This document shows, piece after piece, positions 57,612-64,000 of a stretch of 64,000 nucleotides of DNA. How positions within the stretch are numbered: the stretch's first letter is position 1; each line of letters begins with the position of its first letter. The position numbers and the translations under genes were made by a program. The notes beneath the pieces are model-generated. The model ran no database searches. It saw only the letters and a program-made list of their open reading frames with translations, and was not told where the DNA came from. Origin of the DNA: a bacterium (GTDB taxonomy: Bacteria; Zhuqueibacterota; Zhuqueibacteria; Residuimicrobiales; Krinioviventaceae); assembly GCA_963675755.2 (NCBI GenBank), contig CAXXMD010000002.1, forward strand, positions 1,504,001 through 1,568,000, in the 5' to 3' direction.

Positions 57612-58957
57612 AACATTTTAAACATAGTGTTCGCAAACAGCTTTTGCTTTGGTACTCTGCTTTACAATTAGTAATTTTGTTGCTTTTTTCTTTACTGATT
57701 TTAATCGTCCTTAAAACTGCTCTCAACAGGCATTTACAAACACAACTCGAACTCGATTTTTCACAGATTGAACAAATTATTCAAAAAGAACCCGATGAAA
57801 TTGATGAAATAGATGAATTCAGTCCATTACGTCTTTTTATTATTTCCAAAAACGGAGAAATTGAAAGCAAAAGCCGCGCCTGGAAAGCCTCAAAATTGGT
57901 AATACCGCCAAAAGACCAATTTGGAATATTTTCCCAAACTTCTCCGGACAATAAACAATATACTATAAAAAGCGGGATTGTCCAAAAACACTATATTCTA
58001 ACGGTGGCTGCTGATAATGGCCCGATTCAAACTGTTCAAAAATTCTTTATTATAATATTATTGATTTTATTACCAGCAGCAATGGGGCTTACAGCAGCAA
58101 GTGGATATTTTTTGAGCGGCCGCTTGCTACGACCTGTTTCAAATATGGCAAAATCAGCGGCACATATATCGTTCGCAAACCTGTCGCAACGCCTTTATGT
58201 TCACAATCCACATGATGAATTTGGAATACTGGCAACTGTTTTCAATAACATGCTGGACCGTTTACAAAACGCAATTCTTCGTTTACGTCAATTTACAGCA
58301 GATGCTTCACACGAACTTCGCACCCCCCTGACGGTAATAAAAAGTGTAGGAGAAGTTACATTGCAGGAAGACCCCTCCCCCGAAGTCTACCGCGACAGGA
58401 TTGGCAGCATGTTAGAAGAAACTGAACGATTATCTCGACTGGTTGATAATTTATTAACGTTAACACGCGCAGACAGTAGCAACTTTAATTTTAATCCTCA
58501 AAAAACACTCTTGAATGAATTTTTATTTAAAATCATCCAGGATTACAGAATTTTGGCTGAAGAAAAAAGACAAACCATTACTATAGATTTTGATCCTGAA
58601 AAACCAATTACTGGTGTTGTTGATGAAGACCTTTTAAAACGGGCTGTTGTAAATTTATTGGATAATGCTATTAAATATACTCCCAACAAAGGTAAAATAA
58701 CTATTAAATTGGTATCAACTGATAAATTAAATATTATAAAAATCAAAGACACGGGGCCAGGCATTCCTCAAGAACATTTCGAAAAAATATTTGAGCGGTT
58801 TTACCGGGTTTCAAAAGCCCGATCACGTGAATTGGGCGGGACCGGTTTAGGCCTGGCTATCGCCAAGTGGGCCGTGGAAATGAATAACGGATCTGTATTC
58901 GCGGCAAACGATACGTATGGCGGTACAATATTTTGTATTGAACTTTATAAGAATTAG
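57608..58957 (+). CDS. HAMP-HisKA sensor histidine kinase (CusS/CzcS-like)
   Basis: Two TMs, HAMP, FTADASHELRTPL, NLLDNAIKY, FERFYRV, GTGLGLAI; ATGA overlap with regulator. Confidence 0.95.
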   Translation: MKHFKHSVRKQLLLWYSALQLVILLLFSLLILIVLKTALNRHLQTQLELDFSQIEQIIQKEPDEIDEIDEFSPLRLFIISKNGEIESKSRAWKASKLVIPPKDQFGIFSQTSPDNKQYTIKSGIVQKHYILTVAADNGPIQTVQKFFIIILLILLPAAMGLTAASGYFLSGRLLRPVSNMAKSAAHISFANLSQRLYVHNPHDEFGILATVFNNMLDRLQNAILRLRQFTADASHELRTPLTVIKSVGEVTLQEDPSPEVYRDRIGSMLEETERLSRLVDNLLTLTRADSSNFNFNPQKTLLNEFLFKIIQDYRILAEEKRQTITIDFDPEKPITGVVDEDLLKRAVVNLLDNAIKYTPNKGKITIKLVSTDKLNIIKIKDTGPGIPQEHFEKIFERFYRVSKARSRELGGTGLGLAIAKWAVEMNNGSVFAANDTYGGTIFCIELYKN

Positions 58958-59026
58958 AGATTTTTCTTGATATTTCCCAATACTTTAGGGTGAAATACGT
59001 CTGGACATAAAAAAAAAGAGGATACA

Positions 59027-61159
59027 ATGCGAATTCACACAATTTTACTGGTTATCTTGACGTCTACTCATATTCTTTATACACAGGAAACAAAACCGGT
59101 TGTACAAGCAATACATATACAAAGTCCTATTATAATGGACGGTAAGCTGTCTGAAAATTCATGGAAAACTGCAAACGTTATTTCAGATTTTACACAAAGG
59201 GAGCTAGAAGAAGGGAAACCTGCAACTGAACATACCAGCGTAAAAATATTATTCGACGAGAAAAACATCTATATTGGTATTATGTGTTATGATAAAAATC
59301 CGAACAAAATCATTCATAACGAACTGAAACGAGACGGAAAAATCAATGATGATGATAATATCGCTTTTATACTCGATACCTATCATGATTATCGCAGTGG
59401 ATATTATTTCCAAGTTAATGCTAACGGTGCACGTTGCGATGGCCTCTATTCAGGTGAAGAACATATAAATTATGATTGGAACGGTGTTTGGGATGTTGCA
59501 ACACAGATAACAAATGAAGGTTGGTGTGCAGAAATAGTTATTCCTATTAAATCCCTTCGTTTTCCAGTCAACAATACAAATAAATGGGGGTTTAATATTC
59601 AACGTACAATTAAACACAAACTGGAAGAAGTACTATGGACATCTTGGCAACGTAACGACGGTTTACTGCAACTCTATAAGGCCGGAACAATAACAGGATT
59701 GCAGCAGTTGAGAATGAAAAGGATGGTTGAAGTTAAACCTTTTTTACTTACAGGGCAAGAAACAGATTTTAATAAACAAAATATCAATACATTAAAATAT
59801 GGAATTGATATTAAATATCCTATTGCATCTAATCTTGTTCTTGATATGACTACATTTACAGATTTTGCACAAGTTGAATCGGACCGCAATCAGATTAATC
59901 TCAGCAGGTTTAATATTCGCTATCCGGAAAAAAGAGATTTTTTTCTGGAAGGCTCTGGTGTTTATAATTTTGGTCTGCGTGGTGGTGATGTTTTTTACTC
60001 CCGTAGAATAGGAATTACAGATGATCGTCAACAAGTTCCAATTCTTGTCGGTGCCCGTTTAACTGGTAAAACCGGAAAATATCGTATTGGCCTTTTAAAT
60101 GTTCAAACTGATAAAGAAAACAATACTGCTTCTACAAACTATGGTGTAGTTCGATTACAACGGGATATATATAAAAACTCAAGTATTGGAATAATAGCAA
60201 CAAATAAATCTGAAAATGATAAACCATCAAACCAGACAGTTGGTGCTGATTTTACTTATCGTACTTTATCATTTTTGGGTAATAACAACTTAATTATTTC
60301 GGGGGCAATAGCCGGAACAATTAAAGAAAGAACAACAAAAAATAACATTGCACATAGTATATATATTGATTACCCAAATGATACATTTGAAAATTATTTA
60401 TCTTATTCTGTTATACCAAAAAATTTTGATCCCGAGATCGGTTATGTGAACCGAAAAGGTATTAAAACCTATGGTGGAGCCTTTCGCTGGACACCACGTC
60501 CCGATTTCCCATTCATCAAAAAAATCATTATTAAACCCATAGAATTAAAATATCTAACCAATATGGATAATGTTTTAATGTCAAGAAATTATGAATTACG
60601 TCCCTTAGGTATTGAATTCAATTCCGGTGATAAATTGGAATTAAACAAAAGTTATAATTATGAAAATCTTGATGAAGATTTCAATATTTTTAATAATGTG
60701 GTAATACCTAAAGGTATATATAGCTGGTGGGACAATGAAATTCAATATGAAGGTAGTGGAAAACGAAAAATACAAGCAGATATTTCAATCAAATTCGGTG
60801 ATTTTTATACAGGATATCGAACTGAATATGATCAGGAACTTTTATTTAAAATAAATGAAAATATCGCACTTTCTACCATGTTTCAAATAAACCGAATAAA
60901 TGCGGAAAATCAGTCATTTATAACCCGTGAATACAGCAGCAGATTGGTTGTCAATTTTTCCACACGTTTGACAAGCCGCACATTTATTCAGTGGAACAAT
61001 GAAGATAAACGCGTGTATCTCAATTTTCTCATAAATTTTATACCCAAAATCGGTAGTGATATGTACTTTGTTTATAATCAGGTTTGGGATGGCTATCAAG
61101 GATATCGTATTCATTCTAAAACCGGAATCGCAAAAATTGCTTATATGATCCGTTTTTAA
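59027..61159 (+). CDS. CBM9-like + DUF5916 outer-membrane protein
   Basis: DGKLSE..W, ILDTYHD, EIVIPIKSLRF, DFAQVESD, EKRDFFLEG, FYSRRIG; C-terminal Phe. Confidence 0.85.
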   Translation: MRIHTILLVILTSTHILYTQETKPVVQAIHIQSPIIMDGKLSENSWKTANVISDFTQRELEEGKPATEHTSVKILFDEKNIYIGIMCYDKNPNKIIHNELKRDGKINDDDNIAFILDTYHDYRSGYYFQVNANGARCDGLYSGEEHINYDWNGVWDVATQITNEGWCAEIVIPIKSLRFPVNNTNKWGFNIQRTIKHKLEEVLWTSWQRNDGLLQLYKAGTITGLQQLRMKRMVEVKPFLLTGQETDFNKQNINTLKYGIDIKYPIASNLVLDMTTFTDFAQVESDRNQINLSRFNIRYPEKRDFFLEGSGVYNFGLRGGDVFYSRRIGITDDRQQVPILVGARLTGKTGKYRIGLLNVQTDKENNTASTNYGVVRLQRDIYKNSSIGIIATNKSENDKPSNQTVGADFTYRTLSFLGNNNLIISGAIAGTIKERTTKNNIAHSIYIDYPNDTFENYLSYSVIPKNFDPEIGYVNRKGIKTYGGAFRWTPRPDFPFIKKIIIKPIELKYLTNMDNVLMSRNYELRPLGIEFNSGDKLELNKSYNYENLDEDFNIFNNVVIPKGIYSWWDNEIQYEGSGKRKIQADISIKFGDFYTGYRTEYDQELLFKINENIALSTMFQINRINAENQSFITREYSSRLVVNFSTRLTSRTFIQWNNEDKRVYLNFLINFIPKIGSDMYFVYNQVWDGYQGYRIHSKTGIAKIAYMIRF

Positions 61160-61306
61160 AGGTCTTATTTATAAGAGTCTTAAATTTATTAATTATAATT
61201 CCCTCCAAAAAATAACCCGAAAACAATAAATCAGAAAAATGGGTTGCATTCAGGCCAGAAATCTATTATTTTGAATTGATTTAAAAATAAACTATGGATA
61301 TAGAAA

Positions 61307-61864
61307 ATGCAACCATCAACTGAAAAACAATTATATCTACCGAAATGGATCAAAGATATTGACACATCATCCCCTCTGAAAACAGATAAAGCGAAAATGG
61401 ACTTTTGTATTGATCTGGCAAATCGAAACATACAAAACAATACCGGAGGACCTTTTGGCGCTGCCATTTTTAATATGGAAACGGATGAGCTCATATCAAT
61501 TGGTGTCAATGTTGTGGTTGAACAAACATGTTCATCTGCTCATGCCGAAGTCATAGCGCTTATGTTGGCACAGGAAAAAATCAAAAATCATCGACTTGAA
61601 CCGGCAGAGTATGTTATATTCTCATCCGCACAACCCTGTATCATGTGTTTTGGAGCGGTCATGTGGTCTGGTGTCAAAAAGCTGATTTTTGGAGCAACCA
61701 AAGCGGATGTGGAATCCATTACCGGATTTGATGAAGGTCCATCCATCCCCAATTGGGACAAAGAGCTAATAGATCGCAACATTGAGGTTGTTTCCGGATA
61801 CATGAGAGAAGCAGCTTGTACGGTTTTAACTGACTATAAATCCATGAACGGAATAATTTACTAA
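61307..61864 (+). CDS. nucleoside/guanine deaminase (cytidine deaminase fold)
   Basis: GGPFGA, AHAE, SAQPCIMC, GFDEG. Confidence 0.92.
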   Translation: MQPSTEKQLYLPKWIKDIDTSSPLKTDKAKMDFCIDLANRNIQNNTGGPFGAAIFNMETDELISIGVNVVVEQTCSSAHAEVIALMLAQEKIKNHRLEPAEYVIFSSAQPCIMCFGAVMWSGVKKLIFGATKADVESITGFDEGPSIPNWDKELIDRNIEVVSGYMREAACTVLTDYKSMNGIIY

Positions 61865-63232
61865 ATGGGAAAAGAAATGGATAATTCAACAAAAATCTCC
61901 AGACGTACATTTGTAAATACGGCAGCGGCAAGCGCATTTGCCTTTCACTTTATTCCAGCTCGTCTGCTTGGCAAAGACGCACCCAGCAATAAATTAAACA
62001 TAGCGGGTATTGGAATTGGTGGAATGGGTAAAGGCAATCTCACACGCTGTGAAAGTGAAAACATAATGGCATTGTGCGATGTAGACAGCAGTTATGCTGC
62101 ACCCATATTTGAAAAATACCCGAATGCCAAAACCTATACCGATTATCGTGTAATGCTTGATAAAGAAAAAGACATTGATGCAGTAGTCATTGCTACTCCA
62201 GACCATACACATGCTGTTATTACCATGGAGTGTATGGAAGCAGGCAAACATATCTATTGCCAAAAGCCTCTTACTCATACTGTATATGAAGCCCGTAAAA
62301 TTACAGAAGCAGCACGAAAATATGGTGTGCAGACACAAATGGGCAACCAGGGACACTCGTCCGAACATATTCGCTTATTAAAAGAATGGCTTGCAGATGG
62401 AGCAATAGGCAATGTGACTGAGGTGCATGCCTGGACAGATCGCCCCGTAGGTGGAGATCCCTGGTCTACATTTGCGGTCAAAGCCAAATCAAAAGAGATT
62501 ATACCTGTACCTGAATCACTAAATTGGGATCTATGGTTGGGTCCCGCGGCCAGTCGTCCCTATCATCCGGATTACCATCCGCTCTCATGGCGTGCATGGC
62601 TTGATTTCGGCACCGGTGCATTGGGAGATATGGGCTGTCATATTCTGGACCCGGCTTTCTGGGCCCTTGATTTAGGAGCACCAGATACCATACAAGCAAC
62701 CTCTACACACTGGCAGGACGATGTAAGCTCGGAAACCTTTCCTCGGGCTTCAATAGTCAGATTCCATTTCCCAGAAAAAAACAACAGACCACCGGTCAAG
62801 ATCACCTGGTACGATGGTCGCTTAATGCCGCCAATGCCTGCAGAACTTGAAGCTGACCGTGAGTTGCCCGGTAGTGGGGCTTTGATCATTGGTGACGAGG
62901 GTACTATCTTGCATGGTTCTCATGGCGCCGGTGCAATGCGTATAATACCTGAGAAAAAGATGCAAGCATACAAACCACCTGCCAAAACGCTGCCGAGAGT
63001 TGAAGGTACTCACGAAGGTGACTGGATCAGAGCATGCAAAGATGGGAATCCCGCCAGCTCAACATTTGATTATGGTGGTCCATTGACTGAAATGGCATTA
63101 TTGGGAATGATTGCAATTCGTATGAAAAACAAAATACTGAAATGGGATACCAAAAATCTCAGGTTTACCAACAATGATGAAGCAAACAAGCTTTTGCATA
63201 TCGATTATCGAGAAGGTTGGAAAAAAATCTAG
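61865..63232 (+). CDS. Tat-exported Gfo/Idh/MocA family oxidoreductase (paralogue of 37617..39017)
   Basis: SRRTFV, GIGGMG, ATPDHTH, YCQKP, LGDMGCH. Confidence 0.93.
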   Translation: MGKEMDNSTKISRRTFVNTAAASAFAFHFIPARLLGKDAPSNKLNIAGIGIGGMGKGNLTRCESENIMALCDVDSSYAAPIFEKYPNAKTYTDYRVMLDKEKDIDAVVIATPDHTHAVITMECMEAGKHIYCQKPLTHTVYEARKITEAARKYGVQTQMGNQGHSSEHIRLLKEWLADGAIGNVTEVHAWTDRPVGGDPWSTFAVKAKSKEIIPVPESLNWDLWLGPAASRPYHPDYHPLSWRAWLDFGTGALGDMGCHILDPAFWALDLGAPDTIQATSTHWQDDVSSETFPRASIVRFHFPEKNNRPPVKITWYDGRLMPPMPAELEADRELPGSGALIIGDEGTILHGSHGAGAMRIIPEKKMQAYKPPAKTLPRVEGTHEGDWIRACKDGNPASSTFDYGGPLTEMALLGMIAIRMKNKILKWDTKNLRFTNNDEANKLLHIDYREGWKKI

Positions 63233-63275
63233 TTACTATTATTCCCCCATTAAAAAAAAATCAAGTTATAATAAA

Positions 63276-63309
63276 AAAAAGCCCTGCCGGTTAAACCGAC
63301 AGGGCTTTT
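63276..63309. terminator. bidirectional intrinsic terminator
   Basis: AAAAAGCCCTG..CAGGGCTTTT between convergent genes. Confidence 0.75.
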
Positions 63310-63326
63310 ATAATATTAACAGGATA

Positions 63327-64000
63327 TTATTTTGTCAAAACCGCTTTTTTGATTTGGGTAAAATCACCGGCGGTAATTTTGTAGAAATAAACACCTGAAC
63401 CATAATTAACTGCATTCCATGCGATTGTATGGTAACCAGCATTCTGGAAACCATCCATCAGGGTAGCAATTTCCTGACCCAGTGCATTGTGAACGGTAAC
63501 GGTAACATGGCTGGCATTCGGCAGACCATATTTAATTGATGTTACCGGGTTGAACGGGTTAGGATAATTCTGGCTCAGTGAATAAACAGTAGGTACTGCT
63601 TCTGCTTCTGTAATAGCATCCGGGAAAGTAACCGAAACGCTATAGGTTTCAGAAGACCAGGTACCATCGGAGTATTCATCTACTGCTTTGACTTTCCAAT
63701 AATAAGTCTTGTTGCGTTCGAGGGCAGCCCATGTGAAAGTGGTTTCAGTCAATCCACTCTGAGTCATTGGGCTTGTGAATTCAGCATCTTCTGACAAATA
63801 CAAGGTATAAGTCATGTTACCACCCAATTCAGAGTTGGTTGTTGGTTCCCATATGAATTGAACGGTGTTTTCGGTAACAGTTGTATCATCAGCAGGTGAA
63901 GTCAAAGAGAATTCTGCCGGTGGCAAAACTTCAATCATAAATGAGAATGTTTCTGTTGATTCAGTACCTTCGGTATTGGTATCAACAGCTTTGACTTTCC
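63327..64000 (-). CDS. 3' part of a secreted protein with Fn3-like repeats and a T9SS-type-A/FlgD-like C-terminal sorting domain (truncated by window end)
   Basis: Frame open to the window edge; repeated WKVKAVD motif; YSLSQNYPNPFNP..SGVYFY. Confidence 0.88.
   Translation of the reverse strand, partial: KVKAVDTNTEGTESTETFSFMIEVLPPAEFSLTSPADDTTVTENTVQFIWEPTTNSELGGNMTYTLYLSEDAEFTSPMTQSGLTETTFTWAALERNKTYYWKVKAVDEYSDGTWSSETYSVSVTFPDAITEAEAVPTVYSLSQNYPNPFNPVTSIKYGLPNASHVTVTVHNALGQEIATLMDGFQNAGYHTIAWNAVNYGSGVYFYKITAGDFTQIKKAVLTK

Overview
Bacterial chromosomal window, AT-rich, with Shine-Dalgarno-type starts and a secreted protein ending in an 'LSQNYPNPFNP' sorting domain. By inference it comes from an FCB-related lineage such as KSB1, Calditrichota or Marinimicrobia. 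It opens with a housekeeping block: uppP, holA, ECF sigma, anti-sigma, an HtrA-like protein, rdgB and tRNA-Pro(TGG). A long accessory region follows, dominated by glycan and sulfate metabolism (sulfatase, anSME, GH51, GH31, GH141-like x2, GH127, GH28, GH36, SGNH esterase, FGE-fold/sialidase fusion, SSS transporter, two Tat-type Gfo/Idh/MocA oxidoreductases) and signalling genes. No CRISPR array, integrase, transposase or prophage gene was seen. The most notable observations are: (1) a 42.5-51.7 kb run of co-oriented, unrelated genes, each separated by a mosaic of the same few palindromic REP-like modules in shuffled order, resembling a cassette array; (2) a kdsB-coupled deoxyhypusine-synthase-fold protein lacking the canonical catalytic lysine motif; (3) an HtrA homologue that has lost all three catalytic triad residues inside an ECF sigma/anti-sigma operon; (4) a GH141-GH31-methyltransferase-SSS operon suggesting demethylation of O-methyl sugars; (5) tandem copies of the tRNA-Pro 3' end plus terminator, one interrupted by a mini-palindrome. 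All family calls come from motif recognition by eye, not database searches.
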